Below, one piece after another: positions 38,234 through 47,903 of a stretch of 64,000 bases of DNA (its first letter is position 1; each line of letters opens with the position of its first letter). A program made the position numbers and the translations under genes. Source of the DNA: a bacterium (GTDB taxonomy: Bacteria; UBA8248); assembly GCA_965221165.1 (NCBI GenBank), contig CBDCRP010000003.1, positions 288,001 through 352,000 of the forward strand, in the 5' to 3' direction. The notes under the pieces were generated by a model, which saw only the letters and a list, made by a program, of their open reading frames with translations, did no database searches and was not told the origin of the DNA.

Positions 38234-38995
38234 ATGCCGGGCAAGCTGGAAGGAAAAAGAGTCATCGTCACGGGCGCATCATCCGGCATCGGCGCGGCCA
38301 TCACGCGCAGATTCAGCGCGGAGGGCGCATCCGTCTGGGCGGCGGGAGGCTTCAACCAGGAACGCTTGGGTGGAATCATCGCCGAGTGCGGAGCGGGGGG
38401 CGGCGAAATCGATGGCCGATGCTATGACTTGAGAGATGCAAAAAAAGCGAACGATGTAATGAGCGACGGCGCGCAATACCTGGGCGGTCTCGACATCATG
38501 GTGAACTGCGCCGCCATGCGGGGGCACAAGAGTTTTCTTGAATTCACGGATGAGGAGATCGACGACCTGTATGAAGTGAACGCGAAATCCGTGTTCATCG
38601 CCACGCGCGAGGCGGCCAAACTCATGGCGCCCCAGGGCAAGGGCAAAATCCTGATGATAGGCTCCATCGACGGCGAGCGCGGCGTCCCCGGCAACGCGCT
38701 TTATTGCGCCACGAAGACCTCCATGCACAATTTAACGCGCGCCCTGGCCGTGGAGCTCGGCCCGATGGGGCTGCGCATCAACTGCCTCATGCCGGGCACT
38801 ACCGAGAGCGAACGCGTAAAGGAGATCCACATCAACGACCCGGTGCGCGCCAAGGCGAAACTTCCCCGAATCCCCGTAAACCGTTTTGCGAGTCCCGAGG
38901 AGATGGCCGAAGTCTCGCTCTTCATGGTCTCGGACGAGAACGATTTCATGAACGGCGCCTTCATATCGTGCGATGGCGGCACCCTCGCGATGTAG
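38234..38995 (+). CDS. Short-chain dehydrogenase/reductase
   Basis: TGASSGIG, YCATK catalytic motif and DGG terminus. Confidence 0.93.
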   Translation: MPGKLEGKRVIVTGASSGIGAAITRRFSAEGASVWAAGGFNQERLGGIIAECGAGGGEIDGRCYDLRDAKKANDVMSDGAQYLGGLDIMVNCAAMRGHKSFLEFTDEEIDDLYEVNAKSVFIATREAAKLMAPQGKGKILMIGSIDGERGVPGNALYCATKTSMHNLTRALAVELGPMGLRINCLMPGTTESERVKEIHINDPVRAKAKLPRIPVNRFASPEEMAEVSLFMVSDENDFMNGAFISCDGGTLAM

Positions 38996-39042
38996 GCTCC
39001 ATCGGCGATGCGGGCTCTTCCCTCCTAGGCGCACGGCGGCGC

Positions 39043-39831
39043 TTAAGGCGTCGCCCGGCGGCTGCCGCCATCCATGTAGATGGAACTGCCGTTCACGTAA
39101 GAGCACGCGGCGGAGGCAAAAAACGCGGCGACGTTCGCCACTTCCTCGGGATCGGCGATTCTGCCGGCCGGCGTCCTGGCACCTACCTCTTTCAGAAACT
39201 CCTCGACGTCCTTGCCCGCCTTGTCCGCCGGACCCTGCATGACATCCCGCGCGCGCTGCGTATTCGTCATGCCCGGGCATACGGTGTTCACCTGAATCCC
39301 CTCCCCCGCCACGGCGTCGGAGAGCGCTCTCGTGTTGTTGAGCACCGTGATGTTCGCAGCACTCGTCGGGATGTTTCCCCGCGCCGGGCTCGCGCCCGCT
39401 CCGCCCGCGATGTTCACGATGCGGCCCCATCCGTTCTTTTTCATGTGGGGGATCACCAACTGGGACATGCGCAGATACCCGTAGGTCTTGAGCGTGAGCG
39501 CTTCTGTGATGAACTCCGCATCGAGCGCCAGGATGTCTCCGCCTCGCGCCGCGCCCGCGCTGTTGATGAGGACGTCCACGCCGCCGAAATTCGCCACACA
39601 CGCATCGACCACCTTCTTGCAGCCATCCAGCGAGGTCAGATCGGAGGAGACGGACATACCCTCGCCCCCTGCGGCATTCACATCTTCTACCGCCGTAGCC
39701 AAAAGCCCCTCATCACGCGCCGTGACGCACACGCGGGCGCCCTCTTTCGCCAGAGCGATCGCGCATTCGCGGCCGATGCCGCGGCTCGCGCCCGTCACGA
39801 TGGCGATTTTTCCCTTCAAACCAAGGTCCAT
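39043..39831 (-). CDS. Short-chain dehydrogenase/reductase with an atypical active site
   Basis: TGASRGIG, NSAG and DGG are present; the YxxxK position reads TSAAN. Confidence 0.9.
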   Translation of the reverse strand: MDLGLKGKIAIVTGASRGIGRECAIALAKEGARVCVTARDEGLLATAVEDVNAAGGEGMSVSSDLTSLDGCKKVVDACVANFGGVDVLINSAGAARGGDILALDAEFITEALTLKTYGYLRMSQLVIPHMKKNGWGRIVNIAGGAGASPARGNIPTSAANITVLNNTRALSDAVAGEGIQVNTVCPGMTNTQRARDVMQGPADKAGKDVEEFLKEVGARTPAGRIADPEEVANVAAFFASAACSYVNGSSIYMDGGSRRATP

Positions 39832-39879
39832 CTCTTTTCTCCTTAAGAAATCATGAATAAAGCGATAAAATGATGCTTG

Positions 39880-40968
39880 CTACACCAGTACGAGCTGGCA
39901 AGGGTTCGTGGCCCGGTACTCGGCCTTCTTGTCGGTAATCTCCATCACCCTGGGCAGGTTTTCGATCCCATGCTCCTCATGCGTGATGAGCGAGCGTACG
40001 TCAATCCTTCCGCCGGCCACCCACTTTCCGCCCAGGGCCACGGTGTCCGCGCCGTGGCCTTCCGGATAGATCCACCGAACCCCTTGCGCGCGCATGAAGA
40101 CCGGGTCGAACCGCACCTCGCCGATGAGGCCCGCGATTTGCACGATGCGCCCGCCGATGCGGACCATGCGCGTCGCCTGATGGAGCGTGGCGTGGCCCGA
40201 GAGTCCCTGATCCGCATTTCCGCCGGCGCATTCGAAGGCGAGGTCGACGCCCTTGCCCGCCGTTATCTCCATCACCCTCTCTACGGGGTCATCCACTCTC
40301 GCGTCGATGACTTCATCCGCACCGAACTTGCGGCTCAAGGCGAGCGATTCTTCCTTCACGTCGCTCACGTAGACGGCTCCCGCCCCGCAGGTGCGCGCGG
40401 CTTGCAAGGCATACAGGCCCATGACCCCCTGGCCGGTGATGGCCACCGTCTCACCCGGCTGAATTTTCGCATCGCGCATGGCGGCGACCGTGGAGGAGAG
40501 AGGTTGCAGGCAGGAGATGGATGAGTCATCCAGCGTCTGGGGCGGCCTCACGAGCCCGTGCGCCGGAAGACAGATATACTCGGCGAACGCGCCCGGCGTG
40601 TTGATGCCCACGTGCAGCTTGTCGACGCAGTACATCTCCCTGCCCTCGCGGCAGAACTCGCATTTCAGGCACGGAACGTGGCCGGAGGTGCACACCCTGT
40701 CGCCTGGCTTTAGATGCGTGACGCCGTCGCCCACCTCGACTACTTCGGCGCTCATCTCATGGCCCAGCAACTGCACGGGCGCATATTTGTCGAGCATTTC
40801 TTTCAAAAGCGCCGAGTTGATGGTCCCGATCCCCAAGGATCGCTGCACGTCGGTAATGCTCGGCTGCACCCGCCGCACCCTGCACAAGGCCCAGCCCGGC
40901 TTCACCTCGGGGTCGGGCACCTCATCCAACCGCATATCGCCAAAGGCGTAGAAACGCCATGCTTTCAT
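39880..40968 (-). CDS. Zinc-binding MDR dehydrogenase (sorbitol/threonine dehydrogenase-like)
   Basis: GHE, structural Zn CLKCEFC...C, and GQGVMG Rossmann motif. Confidence 0.9.
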   Translation of the reverse strand: MKAWRFYAFGDMRLDEVPDPEVKPGWALCRVRRVQPSITDVQRSLGIGTINSALLKEMLDKYAPVQLLGHEMSAEVVEVGDGVTHLKPGDRVCTSGHVPCLKCEFCREGREMYCVDKLHVGINTPGAFAEYICLPAHGLVRPPQTLDDSSISCLQPLSSTVAAMRDAKIQPGETVAITGQGVMGLYALQAARTCGAGAVYVSDVKEESLALSRKFGADEVIDARVDDPVERVMEITAGKGVDLAFECAGGNADQGLSGHATLHQATRMVRIGGRIVQIAGLIGEVRFDPVFMRAQGVRWIYPEGHGADTVALGGKWVAGGRIDVRSLITHEEHGIENLPRVMEITDKKAEYRATNPCQLVLV

Positions 40969-41096
40969 ACTTGCGAACCCTCCACATGTAAAGGCAAACT
41001 CGTAAGCAATAGCTCTTAGCACTCTTTTCCCCATCCGCCAAGACGAGGCCGGGGATTTATCTGCGCGCGGCTATCCTGCCCGCACGAGGAGAAAAG

Positions 41097-42146
41097 ATGG
41101 CGGATATCAAGGTTCACCCAAAAGATCTTCATGCGTATCTCGCGCGCGTCTATCAGGCCCTCGGCCTGCCCGAGTCGGACGCCGGAATGTGCGCGGCCCA
41201 GATTGTCGATGCCGAACTCAGGGGCGTGAACTCACACGGGTGCGTTCGTTTCGGGGTTTTCGTGGAGCGCCTTCGCAACGGAACGGCGAACCCGAGACCG
41301 AGCGTACGAACCATCACCGACCTGCCCGCTTTTTCTCTCCTGGACGGAGACTACGGCATGAGCGCCGTCGTCGCGCGGCGCGCCATGGGGGTAGCCATCG
41401 AGAAGGCGAAAACCGGCGGCATCGGCGCGGCCGCGATTAGAAAATCCTCCCATACGGGCCACATCGGCTATTTCGCCTCCATGGCGCTCGAGCACGGCAT
41501 GATCGGGGTGGTCATCAGCGGCGCGGTGGGAAACCTCGCCCCGTGGGGCGGCTCCGAGAGAATGATCGGGAACAACCCGGTGGCCTTCGCGGTCCCCTCC
41601 AACCAGGAATATCCCGTCCTCTTCGACATCGCCACATCCAAGGTGGCGAGAGGCTATGTCCTGCTGGCCGCCAAGGCGGGCGAGGCGATTCCCGAAGGCT
41701 GGGCGCTCGACCCCTCGGGCAACCCGACCACGGACGCCGCCCTCGCCGCCAAGGGAACCATGCAGCCCCTGGGCGATTACAAGGGGTACGGCCTGGCGCT
41801 CATGTTCACCTTCCTGACGGGCGCCTTGACCGGCAACGGCTTCGACGCCGACCAGCCCGACTGGCTGGAAACTGATAAACCCTTCGGCCTTCCCATGTTC
41901 GCCATGGCGATAGACCCGGAGAGATGCCTGGGCGGCGACTACAAGGCGGCGGTCGACGAAGCCGTCACGCGAATCAAGGCGTCGGGCCTGGCGCCCGGGT
42001 TCGATGAAATCCGCATCCCCGGCGAAGGCGCTCACCGCAGGTACCGGGCCGCACTGACCGAGGGCATCACGCTCAAGGAAGCGCTTGCCCGGGATTTGGA
42101 CCGAATCGCGGCGGAAGTGGGCGTGGCGCCGCTGCCCAAGGGTTGA
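41097..42146 (+). CDS. Ldh_2 family oxidoreductase
   Basis: AELRGVNSHG, SSHTG, GNNPVA, FDIATS, YKGYGL and RIPGE motifs. Confidence 0.92.
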   Translation: MADIKVHPKDLHAYLARVYQALGLPESDAGMCAAQIVDAELRGVNSHGCVRFGVFVERLRNGTANPRPSVRTITDLPAFSLLDGDYGMSAVVARRAMGVAIEKAKTGGIGAAAIRKSSHTGHIGYFASMALEHGMIGVVISGAVGNLAPWGGSERMIGNNPVAFAVPSNQEYPVLFDIATSKVARGYVLLAAKAGEAIPEGWALDPSGNPTTDAALAAKGTMQPLGDYKGYGLALMFTFLTGALTGNGFDADQPDWLETDKPFGLPMFAMAIDPERCLGGDYKAAVDEAVTRIKASGLAPGFDEIRIPGEGAHRRYRAALTEGITLKEALARDLDRIAAEVGVAPLPKG

Positions 42147-42288
42147 GCCTCATGAAAATCCCCGCCTTTGTTGAAGTGTTTGTTGCCATGCGTTAGGTTT
42201 ATGGCTCGTTGATTGGACGTTCCTCACATATCCGTCACATGATTGGGTGCGAGGTGCTTTCGCACCCTGAATTTTTGAAGGAGAAGAT

Positions 42289-42582
42289 ATGCCGGTAACA
42301 GCCATGATCATCGAAAAGGGAGACAACGTCGCCACCTGTCTCGAAAAAGTGTCAAAGGGAAGGTCCGTTCGCCTCATGCTCAACGGAAAGATGGGCGAAA
42401 CGCTCAAGGCTAACCAGGCGATCCCCTACATCCACAAAATCTGCATCAAGCCCCTGAAAAAGGATGAGCACTGCATGAAATACGGCCTGTCCATCGGTGT
42501 GGCGAGCAAGGACATCAAGGTGGGCGACTACATTCACGTTCACAACATAGAGAGCGCCCGCGGCCGCGGCGACCTCGCGTAG
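42289..42582 (+). CDS. UxaA-family dehydratase/lyase small SAF subunit (SuyA-like)
   Basis: DNVAT, IPYIHKI, KYGLSIG and GDYIHVHNIES motifs. Confidence 0.9.
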   Translation: MPVTAMIIEKGDNVATCLEKVSKGRSVRLMLNGKMGETLKANQAIPYIHKICIKPLKKDEHCMKYGLSIGVASKDIKVGDYIHVHNIESARGRGDLA

Positions 42583-42597
42583 AAGAGGAGGTTCATC

Positions 42598-43809
42598 ATG
42601 GCCAGAAGAAACGGAACAGGCGCAAGATCATCGAAACGGCCGAGAAAAACCTGGTGGGGATACCCCAGGGAAAACGGAGACGTGGGCGCGAGAAACTACC
42701 TGCTCCTGCTGAGCGGCACGCTTTACGCCAACCCCACTTGCGAGCGCGTCGCCAGAACCTTGCGGCATAGCGTCGCCCTCACCCACCCGCTGGGACGCTG
42801 CCAGATCGGCCCCGACATCCAGCGCACGTTCGAAACCCTCGTCGGGCACGGGCAAAACGCCAACGCGGGCGCCGTCATCGTCATCGACCACCACCGCGAG
42901 GAAGGCTGCACGGCGGATGAGATCGCCCATGAAATCGCCAAAACGGGAAAACGGGTGGAGGCGTTAAACATTCGCGAGGACGGCGGCGCGATAGACGCCA
43001 CCGCCAAGGCCACGCGCATCGGCATGGAGATGCTCAGAGAACTCACGAACGAACGCCGCCGGGAAGTGCCCATAAGCAAACTTCTGCTGGGTCTCAACTG
43101 CGGAACGTCGGACACGACGTCGGGCCTCTCCCACAACAAGGCCACCGGCTGGGTGACGGACCAGGTCGTCAAGCAGGGCGGACGCGCGCTTCTGGCCGAG
43201 ACCACGGAGATGATGGGCGGCGAGGGCGTACTGGCCGCCAAATGCGTGAGGCCGGCTCTGGGCAAGCGCATCTGGAGAATGGTGGAGGAAATGGAAGAGC
43301 GCATCCTCGCCTGCGGCGTCGATCTGAGAGGAAGCCAGCCCACGGGCGACAACATGGAGGGCGGCTTGTCCACGATTGAAGAGAAATCGCTGGGCGCCAT
43401 CCAGAAGGCGGGTTCGGCCCCCATCGTGGACGTGATCCCCTGGGCGAAGCGCGCGAACCGCAGAAGCGGCCTCCATGTGATGGACACCCCCGGCCACGGA
43501 GGGGAGTCCATTACCGGCATCGCCGCGGGCGGCTCCCAGGTGCTCATCTTCTCCACGGGAGGCGGCCATACCATCAACCACCCCCTGATGAGCACCATCC
43601 GCATCACGGGCAACCCGCTTTCGGCGAAGTTGCAGGCCGATACCACGGACGTGGACGTGACGGACATCTTCGAGGGCGCGCCCATCGAAGTAGCGGGACG
43701 GCGCGTCTACGACGAGGTGCTCGACGTCGCGAGCGGAAAGATGACGAAGGCCGAAATTCTGCATGAGGACAACGCCTTCGCCATCAACAGGAATGGGCCC
43801 AGCGTCTAG
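42598..43809 (+). CDS. UxaA-family dehydratase/lyase large subunit (SuyB/altronate dehydratase-like)
   Basis: GYPRENGDVGARN, CGTSDTTSGL, ETTE, GGLSTIEEKSLGAI and FSTGGG motifs. Confidence 0.9.
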   Translation: MARRNGTGARSSKRPRKTWWGYPRENGDVGARNYLLLLSGTLYANPTCERVARTLRHSVALTHPLGRCQIGPDIQRTFETLVGHGQNANAGAVIVIDHHREEGCTADEIAHEIAKTGKRVEALNIREDGGAIDATAKATRIGMEMLRELTNERRREVPISKLLLGLNCGTSDTTSGLSHNKATGWVTDQVVKQGGRALLAETTEMMGGEGVLAAKCVRPALGKRIWRMVEEMEERILACGVDLRGSQPTGDNMEGGLSTIEEKSLGAIQKAGSAPIVDVIPWAKRANRRSGLHVMDTPGHGGESITGIAAGGSQVLIFSTGGGHTINHPLMSTIRITGNPLSAKLQADTTDVDVTDIFEGAPIEVAGRRVYDEVLDVASGKMTKAEILHEDNAFAINRNGPSV

Positions 43810-43942
43810 GAGTTTCACCACAAACCCCCGGGAGATATTTTCCGGAGATTTGTTTGGTGCGGCGCGGCGGGCGCATTCCCCCGTAGAGGCGATTCGCTTT
43901 CTCACGGCAAGCGGTGAAGATTCCCCTCGCTCGGGGTTTTAG

Positions 43943-44515
43943 ATGAAACCCCTCCCCTACGCCGAGGCCGTCGCGAGGCTCGCCGAAGAAGAACGGGGGG
44001 ATGGCTGGCTCGTTTACTGTGAGAGGGAAAACCTCTACCAGCTTCCCGTGGTCGAATGGCTGGATGCGCTGACAAAAGAAATCTCCGCTCTGGCTCCTGA
44101 AACACCCCTGGAGGTGGGGGCCGGCGACGGCATGATCGGAAAAGCCTTGCAAGCGGGCGGGGTGAACCTGAAACTGACCGACCCGGCCGGATGCGACGGC
44201 ATAGAAACCCTGGACGCGAGAGATGCGCTCAGCACCCATGCGCCTGATTTCGTGTTTTCATGCTGGCTGCCGTTTGATTCGGGCGCCGAGCAGTCGATAT
44301 TAGACACACCGAGTCTCCGCTGGTATCTGGCGGTGGTGCAACAGGGGCCGGGTTACGCCGGGGGTGAAGCGCTACGGGATGCGCCCGGCTGGGGCGTGCG
44401 TGCGTTGAGCGGGGTGAACCGCTGGTCGGTTTCCCGGGCGGATTTTTTGAGCGACGTGGACTCAGGCGAACACATCAGACACGGGATGGCGTATCTGTTC
44501 ACGCGTGAGGGCTGA
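43943..44515 (+). CDS. Hypothetical protein with a class I SAM-binding-like motif
   Basis: LEVGAGDG motif I and FVFSCWLP; abuts the downstream gene. Confidence 0.6.
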   Translation: MKPLPYAEAVARLAEEERGDGWLVYCERENLYQLPVVEWLDALTKEISALAPETPLEVGAGDGMIGKALQAGGVNLKLTDPAGCDGIETLDARDALSTHAPDFVFSCWLPFDSGAEQSILDTPSLRWYLAVVQQGPGYAGGEALRDAPGWGVRALSGVNRWSVSRADFLSDVDSGEHIRHGMAYLFTREG

Positions 44516-45565
44516 ATGGGCGGACATACGACGGGCGAGAAGCTCCATGTTTTTTTGCACCGGGTCTTCACCAAGCTGGGCCTGGCCGAAGAGGACGCCT
44601 CATGGACTGCGGAGACGCTCGTGGCGGCCGAGTTGCGCGGCGTCACCAGCCACGGCGTGATTCGCATGCCGCACTACGCCAGGCGCCTGGAAATCAATCT
44701 GGCGAATCCCGCCCCTGATTTCCGGGTCATCAAGGACGCAGGCGCCTTGGCGCTCGTAGACGGCGACAACGGCATGGGCCAGGTGGTCTCCAAACGCGCG
44801 ATGGAAGAGGCCATCGCCCGCGCCCGCACCCACAACGTGGGCGTTGTTCTGCTCAAGGAGAGCAACCATTTCGGCGCCGCCGCGACATATGCGGCCATGG
44901 CCCCGGAAGCGGGCATGGTGGGAGTCGTGACCACGAACACGCTGCGCGTCTTGCCCCCGGCGGGAGGAAAGGAAGCCAGAATCGGCAACAATCCCGTCTC
45001 GGTCGCCCTGCCGAGCGACCCGCCCATGGTGCTGGACATGGCGCTCTCCGTCGTGGCCCGAGGCTACATCATCGAGGCGGCGCGCGCAGGCGAACTCATC
45101 CCCGAAGGCTGGGGGCTGGACAAGGAGGGAAGACCCACTACGGACCCAAGTCGGGTTCTCGAAAGCTCCCTCCTCTCCCCGATTGCGGGCTATAAGGGAA
45201 GTGGCCTTTCCATCGCGATCGACGCCATATTGGGGTCGCTCGCAGGCGGAGGCCACAGCCACGAGATCGTGGGCATCAACGAGTTCAGCGGTAAAAGCCG
45301 CATCACGAGCGTTTTCGTGGCCATCAACATCGAGGCGTTGCTCCCTTTGTCGGAATTTCGCGCCGCCGCCAACACCTTCATCTCCATCATCAAGTCCACG
45401 CCGAAAGCGGCGGGTGTGGAAACGATTTTCATCCCCGGTGAAATCGAGCATCAAAAAGAAGAGGAGCGCAGGCGAAACGGGTTCGAGCTATCGCCCGAGC
45501 GGCTAGCGGAGCTCGATGAAATCGCCCAAAGGCTCGACTTGCCCCCTCTGGAGCGTACGCCATGA
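44516..45565 (+). CDS. Ldh_2 family oxidoreductase
   Basis: AELRGVTSHG, ESNHFG, GNNPVS, LDMA, YKGSGL and FIPGE motifs. Confidence 0.92.
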   Translation: MGGHTTGEKLHVFLHRVFTKLGLAEEDASWTAETLVAAELRGVTSHGVIRMPHYARRLEINLANPAPDFRVIKDAGALALVDGDNGMGQVVSKRAMEEAIARARTHNVGVVLLKESNHFGAAATYAAMAPEAGMVGVVTTNTLRVLPPAGGKEARIGNNPVSVALPSDPPMVLDMALSVVARGYIIEAARAGELIPEGWGLDKEGRPTTDPSRVLESSLLSPIAGYKGSGLSIAIDAILGSLAGGGHSHEIVGINEFSGKSRITSVFVAINIEALLPLSEFRAAANTFISIIKSTPKAAGVETIFIPGEIEHQKEEERRRNGFELSPERLAELDEIAQRLDLPPLERTP

Positions 45566-46464
45566 ACGACCCTACTCCCCAGGACCTGGGCGAGGCGGCT
45601 TCCAAATTCGCCCGCGAGGCGGGAGAAATCCTGATGGGGCTTTTCGGCAAGCAGGTGGAGGTCGATTACAAAAACAAGGCCGAAACCGACCCGGTGAGTG
45701 AAGCCGACCGCGCGAGCCAGGAGTTCCTGACGAAAGCGATAAACGAGAACTTTCCCGCCCATGGCGTATTGGGCGAGGAGAAGCCCGAGGATGAACAGGA
45801 AGCCAAAAGGCAGGGCGCGCGCGAGGTGCCTGAGTATCTGTGGGTTCTGGACCCTCTGGACGCCACGAAAAATTTCCTGAACGGACTACACGTCTGGGGC
45901 TGCTCCGTGGGCGTCCTGAAGCGCGGACGCTCGATTGCGGGCGCCATCTTCACGCCCGAGGACAAAGGCACCATTTACCGCGCATTCGAGGGGGGCGGAG
46001 CGTTCCGCAACGGGCACCGAATCGGGGTGGCGCAAGAAGACAAGCCCACGGGAAAGCGCATCGTCGCGCTGCCCGGCTCCTATTGGACGCAATTCCGCCC
46101 CACGGGGCCGCTAAAAAAGAACCTGGGCGAGGTCCGCTCCACCGGCTCCATGTGCTACGAGCAAGCCCTGGTGGCGCGCGGAGGCCTGCACTATACGCTC
46201 TTCGGCGTTCCCAGCATCTGGGATGTGGCGGCGGGCGCCGTCATCGTGAAAGAAGCGGGAGGGGTGACGCTCGCCCGGCGGCGCTATACGAACCAATGGC
46301 GAGAGTTGGACACATTCTTCTCCGAGGAGAACACGCCCAAAGATTTGGACGCCGCGCGCAAGTGGCGGCAATCCCTCCTCATAGGCAACCCCAAACTCGT
46401 GGAATACATCGCTAGGCACATCAAAAAAGTAAACCGGCCCAGACTCGGGCGCAAGAAGAGATAA
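45562..46464 (+). CDS. Inositol monophosphatase family protein
   Basis: VSEADRASQ, LGEE, WVLDPLDATKNF and WDVAAG motifs. Confidence 0.92.
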   Translation: MNDPTPQDLGEAASKFAREAGEILMGLFGKQVEVDYKNKAETDPVSEADRASQEFLTKAINENFPAHGVLGEEKPEDEQEAKRQGAREVPEYLWVLDPLDATKNFLNGLHVWGCSVGVLKRGRSIAGAIFTPEDKGTIYRAFEGGGAFRNGHRIGVAQEDKPTGKRIVALPGSYWTQFRPTGPLKKNLGEVRSTGSMCYEQALVARGGLHYTLFGVPSIWDVAAGAVIVKEAGGVTLARRRYTNQWRELDTFFSEENTPKDLDAARKWRQSLLIGNPKLVEYIARHIKKVNRPRLGRKKR

Positions 46465-46541
46465 GGCTTGAGGGAAAGAGGAAATTCTTCTCTATTCCAC
46501 TTTAAGACATACCTATTAAATAGTTGATATTTATTATATGT

Positions 46542-47858
46542 CTAACGTATATCCGGCACTCTTACCGGCGCGAATCGATCGCTTTGGGGGCCTTTGCCGC
46601 CTCCGCTCAAACCTTCGATTTCCATGATTCGCTCCTCCTTTGGATTGCGATATGCGGAGCCGGATATCACTTCGAGTTCATAACCGGGAGCAGCACTCCC
46701 CCTTTTGGGAGATTTGCCGCGGACGGGAAAAGAAAACGGGCGGCTCTCGCCGGGTCTCAGATGTTTGAGCCAATGCCTGGTGCGGCAGCATCGCCGTCCG
46801 TTTCGGATGAGTTCAACCCGCAACCCCACATCGAAGGAAAAATCCGGGTCCGTGTTGTGCAGTGTTCCGTGGACGCGCAGGTAGGGTTTACAAGATTTGC
46901 ATCTGGGTTTCCTGAACACCTCGACTTCGGCGTTCTTCACGCGCACCCATTTGTTGGCCTGGCGATCCCTCTCTCTCGCCATCGCGGCAATGGAGGAGAG
47001 GATTCGCTCTTTGTGAACCGAATGGGGATAGCGCTCGATAAATTGCTCGAGCGCCGCGACGCGGCCCGAACGCTCGGCTCCTTCCAGCGCCCGCGCCTCC
47101 ATGCGCTGCTGCATGAGAGCGGCTTCTTTCGAACCTTCGAATCTGCGGATAAAGGCCTTCCAGTCCGCCTCTAGCTCCGAGCGCATCGCCACTTCGAATC
47201 TCGCCGCGCGCAAAGCGTCTTTCGCCTCGGGAAGATATGAGCTCAGAGGATTGTCAAAGACGAATCTTTCCAGTTCGAGAACATCGCCCGAGGCTTTCGC
47301 CGCATCGAGCAGGAGCCTTTCGAGGCGCTGGGTGACCGCTTCGGTCCACTCGCTCCGCGCATTCTTGTATTTTGCAATAAACGCCCTGTAGGAGGAGACG
47401 TCGTTTATCTCCTCCAGGGCCTCATATTCACTCTTTTGGAGGTCGACGTTCGAGACCTCCTGGAACCAATCTTCGGGAAAGCCCTTCAGGAACTTTTCGA
47501 GGGCGCCGGTCTCTTTCGATTCGAGCGCTTCTTGATACTTGAGCCGCTCCCACCAGTAGCGCGCCCGGCGGACGTGCTCGCCGTCAAAATGATAGCCCAG
47601 ATACTCTTTGTAGGCCTTGGCCGTATGTATTCGAGACACTCTCTGAAAATCGAACTCGTCGAGTTCTTCCAGAAACACCTTCGATTGGGGATGAGCGGGG
47701 TTGTCGTGAACGAACCAGCGCTTTTCGTTCATCTCATCGCGTGGCGCTCTCCTGCGCACGCGCGGACCATCCAGACACCCGACGAGAGTCGCGCATAGGG
47801 TAATGAACAGAAGAAGAAACAACAGCCGATTCCAGGTCAGGCTCGTATTGACTCTCAT
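46542..47858 (-). CDS. Hypothetical lipoprotein with helical repeats and a C-terminal beta-sandwich domain
   Basis: Lipobox TLVGC; about six repeats such as LEQFIERYPHSVH; C-terminal VHGTLHNT...LRPGESRPFSF. Confidence 0.75.
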   Translation of the reverse strand: MRVNTSLTWNRLLFLLLFITLCATLVGCLDGPRVRRRAPRDEMNEKRWFVHDNPAHPQSKVFLEELDEFDFQRVSRIHTAKAYKEYLGYHFDGEHVRRARYWWERLKYQEALESKETGALEKFLKGFPEDWFQEVSNVDLQKSEYEALEEINDVSSYRAFIAKYKNARSEWTEAVTQRLERLLLDAAKASGDVLELERFVFDNPLSSYLPEAKDALRAARFEVAMRSELEADWKAFIRRFEGSKEAALMQQRMEARALEGAERSGRVAALEQFIERYPHSVHKERILSSIAAMARERDRQANKWVRVKNAEVEVFRKPRCKSCKPYLRVHGTLHNTDPDFSFDVGLRVELIRNGRRCCRTRHWLKHLRPGESRPFSFPVRGKSPKRGSAAPGYELEVISGSAYRNPKEERIMEIEGLSGGGKGPQSDRFAPVRVPDIR

Positions 47859-47903
47859 GACCTACACCTCAGTGTTTCACCATTTTCCCGGATTTTATGA
47901 AAA

